Source of the DNA: an uncultured Gammaproteobacteria bacterium
Lineage (GTDB): Bacteria; Patescibacteriota; Microgenomatia; Levybacterales; UBA12049
Assembly (NCBI GenBank): GCA_964637955.1
Contig: CAZWXQ010000005.1
Coordinates: 18,993 to 82,992 of the forward strand
Reading direction: 5' to 3'
DNA: 64,000 bases
Made by a program: the position numbers and the translations under genes. Shown here piece by piece: positions 56,244 to 64,000 of this stretch. The stretch's first letter is position 1; each line of letters begins with the position of its first letter. The notes under the pieces were generated by a model. The model did no database searches, was not told the origin of the DNA, and saw only the letters and a list, made by a program, of their open reading frames with translations.

Positions 56244-57761
56244 ATGAATGGAGAATTATTTAGAGGAGTTGAAATAAATGCACTGCCAGATAGGGAAAGG
56301 CAATTTTCTGAAAGATATCTGGGATTTCCAGAAGATCTAACATTTAATGAATTTAGATTAATTAATCCCGAAATTAGAAAACAAATAATTCTTAGGAATC
56401 CTATTATTCAATCTGACACTTATAACAGAACCATGGAACATCTCGCTGGCGAAGACTTAAATAAAGAAGGTGTCTATGTTCTCCAATTAAGAAAAGCTAA
56501 GTCAGGTTTTCTTATTGCGACAGGAATTCAGGATGTAGTTAATGAAATTGCAAATGTAAAAATTACACAAGCTCAATTAGATTTTGCTAAAGATTATTAC
56601 GCACAATCTTCAGGAGTGCCATATTTTAATCCAGAAAAATGGGAGACTGTAATTAGAGACCACGGAGGAAAACTTCCATTTGAAATTTACGGAGTTAAAG
56701 AAGGAACTTCTGTTCTTCCTGGGGATCCTATTCTTAGAGTACACGGTCCAAATGAACTAGTTGCGCATTTTGAACCGTATTTTCATCGAATTTTTTATCC
56801 AACTCTTGTTGCAACAAACGCAAGAAGAATTGCAGAAATTATAGATCCCAGCAGATTTATAGAGGTTGGCCTAAGAGGAGTTGAAAACAATGACAAACAT
56901 CTAATCGCAGTAAAAGCGATGTATATAGGTGGAGGAATTAGAAATACTAGCAGCGATATGGCAAATGCATATTATCCTCAATTTAATCTTATAGGTACCA
57001 TAGGGCACAGATATATTCAATCTTTTGTGAATGAGGAAGAAGCATTTAGACATGCCGTAGAAAACCTGCCAGCAGTAACTCTTTTAGTTGATTTAAACGA
57101 CAGTTATGAAGGCATCGAAAAAGCATTAAGAATAAAAAGAGAATATAGAAATTCAGGTAAAAAAATCTGGATGAGACTTGATTCGGGAGATCTTTTGGCA
57201 GAGTGTGTTTACGCCCTAAGAAGACAAGAAGAGCTTGGATTAAAAGACCCAGAACTAGACAAAATTGTTATTGAAGGAATTGAAAGCATAGAACAACTTG
57301 AAGATATAGAATCAAAATTAAAAATGCTCGATCTTCCAGCTGAAGACTATGTAATCTATGGCGCAGGTGGACTTTTGGTTTCAGAGAATACAGCTAGATG
57401 CGATGCTTCAAGCGGATTTAAGCTCGCAAAATATGATGGCCGTCCCACAGCTAAATTTACAAATAGCTCAGGCAAAAGCTCTATTCCAGGAGTTCCTTTT
57501 CTTGGAGAACTAAAAGGAGAGAGAATCATTTCTCAATCTGGTGAACATGTAAGACGCTCACTTTTCCAACCATATTATATTGATAAAAAAGTGGTTCAGC
57601 CAGAAAGCATTGAGATTGCCAGAATTAATGCAGGGCTGACATACGAGGAAATTGCAGAACAAGCAAAAAATAACCAAAGAACTCAAAAATCTTACCAAAC
57701 AAGCACGCTCCTTTATGACTTAAGACCTAAGAGTAAAACAAAGGAGACAGTTTTATTATGA
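56244..57761 (+). CDS. pncB: Nicotinate/nicotinamide phosphoribosyltransferase family (diverged)
   Basis: SDTYNRTM, EVGLRG, GTIGHRYIQSF (phospho-His), LLVD, MRLDSGDL, FKLA, KSSIPG. Confidence 0.7.
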   Translation: MNGELFRGVEINALPDRERQFSERYLGFPEDLTFNEFRLINPEIRKQIILRNPIIQSDTYNRTMEHLAGEDLNKEGVYVLQLRKAKSGFLIATGIQDVVNEIANVKITQAQLDFAKDYYAQSSGVPYFNPEKWETVIRDHGGKLPFEIYGVKEGTSVLPGDPILRVHGPNELVAHFEPYFHRIFYPTLVATNARRIAEIIDPSRFIEVGLRGVENNDKHLIAVKAMYIGGGIRNTSSDMANAYYPQFNLIGTIGHRYIQSFVNEEEAFRHAVENLPAVTLLVDLNDSYEGIEKALRIKREYRNSGKKIWMRLDSGDLLAECVYALRRQEELGLKDPELDKIVIEGIESIEQLEDIESKLKMLDLPAEDYVIYGAGGLLVSENTARCDASSGFKLAKYDGRPTAKFTNSSGKSSIPGVPFLGELKGERIISQSGEHVRRSLFQPYYIDKKVVQPESIEIARINAGLTYEEIAEQAKNNQRTQKSYQTSTLLYDLRPKSKTKETVLL

Positions 57762-58657
57762 ATGAGGAAACTAAAATTCAGACTTTAAGTCTTGTAGCGG
57801 GCACAGAGGCTTGCAACGCCAGATGCCCATTCTGCGTATCTAAAATGACTCCTCTTCAAGGAGTGACTCTTAAAGAAGAACCCATCGACTGGGACAGATT
57901 CAAAGTTGCTATGACGCTAGCAAAAGAAGGGAACACAGAGACAGCAATGATTACCGGAAAAGGCGAACCAACACTTTTTCCAGGACATATCACTGGATAT
58001 TTAGATAATTTAAGAAGCGAAGAGAACGCTCAAGGTTTCCAAATCCCAAAAAAAGAACTTCAAACTAATGCTATAGTTTTCGACAGAAAAAGAGCCCAAT
58101 ATGATCCGCTACTTGAAAGATGGGCAGAACTTGAACTAGAAACTGTCGCTATTTCTATAGTTCACTATGAACCAGAAAGAAATCGAGAAATTTATTTACC
58201 TTATTCAAATTCATATATTAACCTTGAAAGCGTACTCGAATATCTGCATGGAATGGGAATTCGCACAAGACTCGCATGTGTTTTGGTTAACGGTTACATA
58301 GATTCAAGTGATAAAATTGCACGTCTTATCGATTTTGCAAGAAATAATAACTCTGAAGAGCTCACCATAAGACCTGTTAATAAACCAGATTTAGCACAAG
58401 GAGATGTTTATGAATGGACTGCCGCACATCACTTAACTCGTCCTCAATTTGAAGATATTCACACTTTTCTTGAAAAAAATGGCAGCATCCAAAGGGAGTT
58501 TCCATTCGGTGCTACAGTTTATGACATGGGAGGACAAAATGTTTGCCTAACAAATTCTCTAACAAAAGATACCAATTCGCATTATAAGCGTCAATTAATA
58601 TTTTTTCCAAACGGAAGAATTGCGACTGATTGGACGGAAGGATCTCAAGCGCTATGA
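57758..58657 (+). CDS. Radical SAM enzyme of unknown function
   Basis: CNARCPFC, TGKGEPTL, QTNA. ATGA overlap with the PRTase. Confidence 0.9.
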   Translation: MNEETKIQTLSLVAGTEACNARCPFCVSKMTPLQGVTLKEEPIDWDRFKVAMTLAKEGNTETAMITGKGEPTLFPGHITGYLDNLRSEENAQGFQIPKKELQTNAIVFDRKRAQYDPLLERWAELELETVAISIVHYEPERNREIYLPYSNSYINLESVLEYLHGMGIRTRLACVLVNGYIDSSDKIARLIDFARNNNSEELTIRPVNKPDLAQGDVYEWTAAHHLTRPQFEDIHTFLEKNGSIQREFPFGATVYDMGGQNVCLTNSLTKDTNSHYKRQLIFFPNGRIATDWTEGSQAL

Positions 58658-59709
58658 ATGAATTTGATCCCATGAAAGCAGTTTATAGTTACTATTTTCC
58701 TGAAACCCGTGCCGTTGTTGATTCACTTGCACTTACACCCCACGATATCTTTCTAACACAAACAAATATTGCTCAAGCAAATGAAGCTATTTCTCAGTAT
58801 GGATTTAAAAACGGATTTGAAATTCCAAAAACTCCAGCTGGAAATGTGGATCTTGATATGATTCATGAACCAATCATAGAAGCGATTATTGATGAATATA
58901 AAGATGTTGTACCAAATCTCTCTGAATATCCATTCAGATATCCAACATCAGGATCTTCTGAAGGAATTTTCCATTATCTTTCATTTTTAAGATCCCAAAA
59001 CATCACGACGATTAATACTTTTCCAGGGGAATATGAAGGATATAGAGAATACGGAATTGGCATAGGAATTAATACCGTTGAAGTTCCAATTGAAAAATCA
59101 GCTGAAAGTAGAAATGAATTTTGGTTTATTTCAAACCCAAATGCCCGAAATGGAAATATTATCGATAACGCTACTATAAATTCAATTGCTGAGGCGGGAA
59201 ATGACATTGCACTTGACTTAGCATATGTTGGAAATACCAATCCGCAAGAATTTGATGTCTCAAATCCTAGAGTCAAAGCTGTATTTATGTCTTTTAGTAA
59301 ACCGTATGGGCTTTTTAGATTTAGAATAGGATTTACATTTACTAGGGAGCCAATTCCTACTCTTTATGCAAACAAATGGTTTAAAAGTGTTCCATCTCTT
59401 TTGTTAGCTTTAAAAGTAGCTCAGGATATTGGACCAAAACTTTTACCTGAGAAATATAAAGCAGTTCAGGCGGAAATCGTAGCCGAAATAAATGATCAAA
59501 CAGGACTCAACATTACTCCAAGCGATGCATTTCTCTTAGCTCATATGCCTCTATCGGACTCGATGAGATTAAATAACGACCAAAAAAACTTGATCGAACA
59601 ATTCCAAAGAGCTGACAATTATAGATTTTGCCTCACTCCTTATTTTGAAAGAAAAGAAAAAGAATTATGGCTGCAAAATGGCACTCAGATTTTTTCTCCA
59701 CCAACCTAA
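58654..59709 (+). CDS. PLP-dependent fold-type I enzyme (class I/II aminotransferase, HisC/CobD-like)
   Basis: GSSEGI, SNPNARNG, DLAY, SFSKPYGL..FRIG. ATGA overlap with the radical SAM gene. Confidence 0.85.
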   Translation: MNEFDPMKAVYSYYFPETRAVVDSLALTPHDIFLTQTNIAQANEAISQYGFKNGFEIPKTPAGNVDLDMIHEPIIEAIIDEYKDVVPNLSEYPFRYPTSGSSEGIFHYLSFLRSQNITTINTFPGEYEGYREYGIGIGINTVEVPIEKSAESRNEFWFISNPNARNGNIIDNATINSIAEAGNDIALDLAYVGNTNPQEFDVSNPRVKAVFMSFSKPYGLFRFRIGFTFTREPIPTLYANKWFKSVPSLLLALKVAQDIGPKLLPEKYKAVQAEIVAEINDQTGLNITPSDAFLLAHMPLSDSMRLNNDQKNLIEQFQRADNYRFCLTPYFERKEKELWLQNGTQIFSPPT

Positions 59710-61389
59710 TACAGGATTACTTTCTACTTGCCAATTTTTTGCCATTTCTTCGTATTCAGAAATCTTGGGAATGGATGCCGATCTGTTATATAATCCTGAT
59801 ACATATTTTGGATCTAACCATTGAAGTAGACCAACTTTTTTAAATTCCCATTTTTCATCATAGGGATAAACCTTACCATCAATATAAACCATTTCAGTAG
59901 TACCGTTTTCTTTTTGAACCCTGTACCAGTTAAAAGGATTCGTATCAAGCTGCCATCTTTTTCCGAGCTCAAAAGTATTTATGTATTTTGCCATTTGTTC
60001 TACATCTACTTCAGATAATAATCCGTCTTTAATAAGTTGCGCTGCAGATAACGAACCTTCAGGAATTTGCTCCTGTACAAAGTATCTATATGGAGGCCCT
60101 CCTGGATCAATTTCTAAAATTTTCGCATGAGGAACACCGTTTTCATCAAGCAAATTTTCCCTTTCAATTGATTGCTGCATTGCTTTAAAAATATTGTGAT
60201 CATTCTTGCCATCTTTTCTAACAACTTTTAGTACTTTTTCTCCCTCTTCAAGAACAAAAACCATTTTTTTACTTCCAAATGCTACTTCATGGCTAGGAGA
60301 TATTTTGAATTCTTGGTCACCAATCTTAACAACCCTTCTTTCTTCATCAAAATTTATGCTCGATTTAATTTCCTCATAATTAACGCTTGATATTTCAGGA
60401 TCAGTAATTAACTTTCTAGCTTCAGGTTTAACCCCCACAACAACCATATGAGTTGTAGGAAAGGGAAGAGGTATAAAATTTCCATCTTCATCTTCCTTGG
60501 ATAATTCTACTTTTCCTTCTAGTCTATTCTTTAATATAAATTCATTTGGATCAGGAATAACCTGAATATCTATGAATCCAGCATCTTCAAGCACTTTTCT
60601 TGCTTGCTCTTGAGTCCAATAAGTATATTTCTCATGAATTTCCTGCCTCCAATTTCCTGTATAGTCTTTTCTCATATAAAACTCGTGTGCCCACTCAGGA
60701 AGAATATTTATATATTCATGTCCATTTCGCTTAAAAAAATGATAATTAAAAGCATTTCCACCGCCAAATTCCTCATGAAATCTTAAAAACAAAGCTCTTG
60801 GGGAAAGCTTATTGTAGTCAATAATGCCATCATGAGTCGCTTTTTCTACATCATCTTCACCGACCTGCGTGAGTAATCTCATGTTAATTGGCGTGGTGTC
60901 AGTAGGCTTTGCAAAATCCCTTACGATAATTCTACCTCCGGGTTTTAACTCTCTAAATGTAGCTTCGACAGCATCAGTCATTCTCCCAGCTCCACCAAAC
61001 GATTCAATTTCATGTCCACTAGTGGAATAAAATTTGATATCAACTGAATCATCTGGAAATACTTGCTCTGACGCGTCACCATAAACAAGTTGCGTAAGCG
61101 ATTGATTCTCCGTTGCTCTTTCTGCAAGTTCATGAGAAAAATCTAATGCATAAACATTTGCTCCTCTAAATTCTCTAGCTATAGCTTCTGCCATTAATCC
61201 CGTCCCTGAACCTGCGTCAACTATACGAGCACCATCTGGAACTTCACCGAAATAAGGAACGACGGAACGTAATTTTGCTTCCAAAGCAACGTCCATACGC
61301 CAATCATAAACCGTAAAATCACGCCCTTCATTTGCTAAATCAAATCTTCTTTTAATTTCTGACGGATCAGGCGCAGGAACTTCAATCAT
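59665..61389 (-). CDS. Class I SAM methyltransferase fused to a protein-kinase-like domain
   Basis: N-terminal VDAGSGTG, ALDFS, YGDA, LKPGGRIIVRD. C-terminal FGSKK, VLKV, VQEQI, LDTNPFN, YIDG. Confidence 0.75.
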   Translation of the reverse strand: MIEVPAPDPSEIKRRFDLANEGRDFTVYDWRMDVALEAKLRSVVPYFGEVPDGARIVDAGSGTGLMAEAIAREFRGANVYALDFSHELAERATENQSLTQLVYGDASEQVFPDDSVDIKFYSTSGHEIESFGGAGRMTDAVEATFRELKPGGRIIVRDFAKPTDTTPINMRLLTQVGEDDVEKATHDGIIDYNKLSPRALFLRFHEEFGGGNAFNYHFFKRNGHEYINILPEWAHEFYMRKDYTGNWRQEIHEKYTYWTQEQARKVLEDAGFIDIQVIPDPNEFILKNRLEGKVELSKEDEDGNFIPLPFPTTHMVVVGVKPEARKLITDPEISSVNYEEIKSSINFDEERRVVKIGDQEFKISPSHEVAFGSKKMVFVLEEGEKVLKVVRKDGKNDHNIFKAMQQSIERENLLDENGVPHAKILEIDPGGPPYRYFVQEQIPEGSLSAAQLIKDGLLSEVDVEQMAKYINTFELGKRWQLDTNPFNWYRVQKENGTTEMVYIDGKVYPYDEKWEFKKVGLLQWLDPKYVSGLYNRSASIPKISEYEEMAKNWQVESNPVLGWWRKNLSAILQP

Positions 61390-61397
61390 AAGATGCC

Positions 61398-61434
61398 ATT
61401 TTACTTCTTTTGTGCCTAAATAGCAAACTATAGG
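61398..61434 (-). promoter_or_regulatory. Promoter with the CCTATAGT element
   Basis: Minus strand reads CCTATAGT-TTGCTA-17-TAAAAT-8-ATG(61389). Confidence 0.65.
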
Positions 61435-61492
61435 GTGAACATAAAACTCACAAGTAACTAGATTTAAAAACAATTGCTATAATTATATCGTT

Positions 61493-61912
61493 ATGGAAAA
61501 AAACAAGAGAAACCCTAGACAAGAATTATTTAGAGAAATGGTTTTGGGAACTCTGGTTTACTCAGTAGTTTTGGGATTCTTTAATGATTATACACAGATT
61601 ATTCACACTGGAACTTATTCGACTACGTTTTTAGTAGCAGTAGTAATGCAAATCCTAACCTACATTACTTTTTGGTTAAAAGGCATAGTAGTTAAAAAGT
61701 TCAAAGGGAAAGAAGATTCTAAATATAAATTTGCTTTAGTTTTTGGTGTTTGGATAATTATGTTTTTATCTAAATTTGTTTTTCTGGCAGTAATCGATTT
61801 TGTTTTTGGCGGAAATGTAAAAATAAGCGGATTTATCGGACTTGTAATTATAATCGTAATTATGACTTTATCTAAAAAAATGATTGATATTCTTTACGAA
61901 AAACTAGCTTAA
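61493..61912 (+). CDS. 4-TM membrane protein
   Basis: Four hydrophobic helices; SKFVFL. Confidence 0.75.
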   Translation: MEKNKRNPRQELFREMVLGTLVYSVVLGFFNDYTQIIHTGTYSTTFLVAVVMQILTYITFWLKGIVVKKFKGKEDSKYKFALVFGVWIIMFLSKFVFLAVIDFVFGGNVKISGFIGLVIIIVIMTLSKKMIDILYEKLA

Positions 61913-61913
61913 T

Positions 61914-62498
61914 CTATTCAGGCTGGAGGAGTTGCCAATTATGTGAAACATATGGCTCAGAGCAAAGACTTCTATTAAAACAGCAAGGCCGTCTCATTCC
62001 TTTATTTAATTTATCAAGCATTACAATAAGATGCTTTTCTCGTGTTTCCAAAGTCTTCACAGCCCGAACCCAACGAATCCAATCCCAACGAGCCATTGGA
62101 GTAATGTCATTCCATAAGTCTTGCGCCTTTGCCGAGGTCGAAAGCGCTTTTTTAACATCATCTGGAACTTCTGGCTCTATCCATTCTTTTGTAGGTTCAA
62201 GCTCAACCTTAACTATATCTCCTGCCCGCAACGCCAGCAAGCCAGCTTGCGTGGCAGGTGGGCCTCCCTTTTTATCATTATTTTTAAATAAAGCTGAATC
62301 AACTCGAAACCAATGACTTGATCCTTTTCCAGGCCAATATTTTCCATCTGGCTCAAGAAGAGTTTTAAAAGATTTACCGTTCAAAGTTCCTGCCACCATA
62401 ATCATTCCACGAGAGGGAAGCTGGGCACTTGCCTCCAGAGGAAGATGAATAATCGTCCAGTTTTTTATTTTTAATAATTTAGATTCAAAGAGTATCAT
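61914..62498 (-). CDS. YdeI/OmpD-associated family protein (DUF1905 + OmdA) with an in-frame palindromic insertion
   Basis: LPSRG..GTLNG, LEPDG, HW, EPEVPDD, TPMARWDWIRW, RRPCCFNR. Confidence 0.85.
   Translation of the reverse strand: MILFESKLLKIKNWTIIHLPLEASAQLPSRGMIMVAGTLNGKSFKTLLEPDGKYWPGKGSSHWFRVDSALFKNNDKKGGPPATQAGLLALRAGDIVKVELEPTKEWIEPEVPDDVKKALSTSAKAQDLWNDITPMARWDWIRWVRAVKTLETREKHLIVMLDKLNKGMRRPCCFNRSLCSEPYVSHNWQLLQPE
62221..62265. mobile_element. ~45-bp GC-rich palindromic mini-element inserted in frame in the CDS
   Basis: cctgcc-cgca-acgc...gcgt-ggcagg-tgggcct encodes GPPATQAGLLALRAG. A CTCC direct repeat lies 45 bp apart. A sister copy is at 3176. Confidence 0.7.
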
Positions 62499-62569
62499 GA
62501 TTATGCTTAATATTATACCAAAAGCTGGAATATGAAATTTAAAATTATTTAACTGATATAATTTGAAAT

Positions 62570-63508
62570 ATGATTAATCCGCGAATAATTCAAAATAACC
62601 GTAAGAAATTAGCAGTTTTGGTATTTTCTGACATTGATGGAACGATAAATGATGAACGAGCACCTGAAAAAGAAAGATTAAATACAGTCGCTCCTGCAAA
62701 AAAAGCTATAGAACAACTTCAGAAAAATAGAATTCCCGTTGGACTAATAACTGCCAGAAGCTTTGGAGAGACATTAATATATAAAAATGTCTTAAAAACA
62801 GAGGGTATCATAATCTCTGAAGACGGGGCTGTCCTTATTCTTCCAAGATTAAATGATCCTGATTTTAAAAATTTATCAAAAAAAAATAATTTAATTACTT
62901 ATAAAAAAGAAAAAGCTTTAATTTTAAGTAAAATTAATACTTCAAAAATTAAAGAATATTTTAAATTTATCAATCGAATTTTAAATGAAAAATCTCTTAA
63001 TGAACTCATAACCTCCTGCACGAGTGATCCGAATCTACTTATGAAATTAATCAACTATGAAACTTTTAAAGATTTAGAAAGAGCAATTGACAGATTAGCA
63101 TCTGCATATGTTAGAAATTCATCGCCAGAACAATTCGAATTAGTTAAAAAGTATTTGACTAACTACAATTTACGAATTGGAGGAGAATTACATCACTTTC
63201 ACATACAAGGAAAAGATGCAGACAAGGGCTTAGCCATCAAATTTATAAATAATCATATTTTTGAAATTTTCCCAGAAAATAACTTTGATGGAATTTTTCC
63301 AATAGTTCTCGGGAATGATTACAATGACTTGAGATTATTTGAAGAAGCACATTCCATGGGAGGTATTGGAGTAATCGTAAAAGATTCAAACGGTAACTTT
63401 AAAGTTTCCGAAGACAAAATTCCGTCTTATGTCTTAAAAAGTGAAGGAGCTTTCGGGCATGGTATGCAAGAGGCTATAAAAATAATCTTAAAGAAATTAG
63501 GAGATTAA
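62570..63508 (+). CDS. HAD-IIB hydrolase, mannosyl/glucosyl-3-phosphoglycerate phosphatase-like
   Basis: FSDIDGT, TARS, SEDGA, ADKG, LGNDYNDL motifs. Confidence 0.8.
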   Translation: MINPRIIQNNRKKLAVLVFSDIDGTINDERAPEKERLNTVAPAKKAIEQLQKNRIPVGLITARSFGETLIYKNVLKTEGIIISEDGAVLILPRLNDPDFKNLSKKNNLITYKKEKALILSKINTSKIKEYFKFINRILNEKSLNELITSCTSDPNLLMKLINYETFKDLERAIDRLASAYVRNSSPEQFELVKKYLTNYNLRIGGELHHFHIQGKDADKGLAIKFINNHIFEIFPENNFDGIFPIVLGNDYNDLRLFEEAHSMGGIGVIVKDSNGNFKVSEDKIPSYVLKSEGAFGHGMQEAIKIILKKLGD

Positions 63509-63573
63509 ATTCAAAGAACTTATCCTACGCTTAGAGTTAAATGATATTAAACATAAACCCAAAACTATGAAAA

Positions 63574-63999
63574 TTAAAACGCAACAACTTTCGTCACCAT
63601 ACTAGGCACTACCTGCTGTGCATTTACCAAGCTAGGTACTTGTAAATCTGCTCCAAATTCTCCCTTTGTTATAGCTTGAAATGCAACACTATAGGCATTC
63701 TCAATAATTGCTCTCGTATTTTCTTCAGTTAGACTTATTCCTTGAACAGGGGAGACATTTTCACCTTCTGCAACATCTCTACAGTAATTTTCGATTACTA
63801 ATTCTGCTGATCCTTCAGGAACTCTTCTTAAGTAATCAACTGACAAATCTCCAATTCTTTCTCTTTTAAGGTCATCAACCTGGGTTTGGACATTAATGGC
63901 TCTGTTTTTACCATGACCAAATGATCTATATATCAATGTACTTATTCTGATCCCATCTGTTACGGGTTGTGTAACTTTAATTTTTACACTTTCATTCCT
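63574..63999 (-). CDS. 3' end of a gene extending beyond the window (weakly resembles the glucosyl-3-phosphoglycerate synthase C-terminus)
   Basis: The frame is open to the window edge and converges on the MPG phosphatase-like gene. Confidence 0.4.
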   Translation of the reverse strand, partial: RNESVKIKVTQPVTDGIRISTLIYRSFGHGKNRAINVQTQVDDLKRERIGDLSVDYLRRVPEGSAELVIENYCRDVAEGENVSPVQGISLTEENTRAIIENAYSVAFQAITKGEFGADLQVPSLVNAQQVVPSMVTKVVAF

Positions 64000-64000
64000 A

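Noticed and set aside
57758-58657. Calling the radical SAM enzyme a viperin
   Set aside because: It has only the generic CxxxCxxC and a GxGEP motif. Viperin-specific residues cannot be confirmed by eye.
1-64000. CRISPR array, cas genes, integrase or transposase
   Set aside because: I saw no regularly spaced repeat-spacer array and no recognisable recombinase or transposase motifs.
1-64000. Alternative genetic code (TGA = Gly, as in Gracilibacteria)
   Set aside because: Genes end cleanly at TGA, including the ATGA overlaps at 44888, 57758 and 58654, and conserved genes are uninterrupted.

Overview
This is an AT-rich (roughly one-third GC), gene-dense bacterial chromosome segment using the standard genetic code (TGA is stop). 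By inference it is a Patescibacteria/CPR genome, probably Microgenomates-like. The inference rests on a short UvrC, an ATP-cone/Mrr protein, DUF2079 and other GT-C proteins, DUF2130, and pervasive leaderless-style promoters. Housekeeping genes include uvrC, secG, rnhB, dinB, typA, a DEAD-box helicase, tRNA-Lys(CUU) and tRNA-Arg(UCG). There are two MacAB-like ABC exporters, one with an OmpR/BaeS-type two-component pair, and many monocistronic acidic orphan genes. I found no CRISPR array, integrase or transposase. The most notable observations are: (1) a conserved structured RNA leader in three copies, fused to a perfect extended Shine-Dalgarno; (2) an NrtR-controlled operon joining a diverged nicotinate PRTase, a radical SAM enzyme and a PLP enzyme, converging on a methyltransferase-kinase fusion; (3) a CCTATAGT octamer abutting the -35 box of seven promoters; (4) a shared N-terminal peptide on two unrelated orphan enzymes; and (5) a ~45-bp palindromic element inserted in frame in a gene. 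All calls come from motif recognition by eye, with no database searches.
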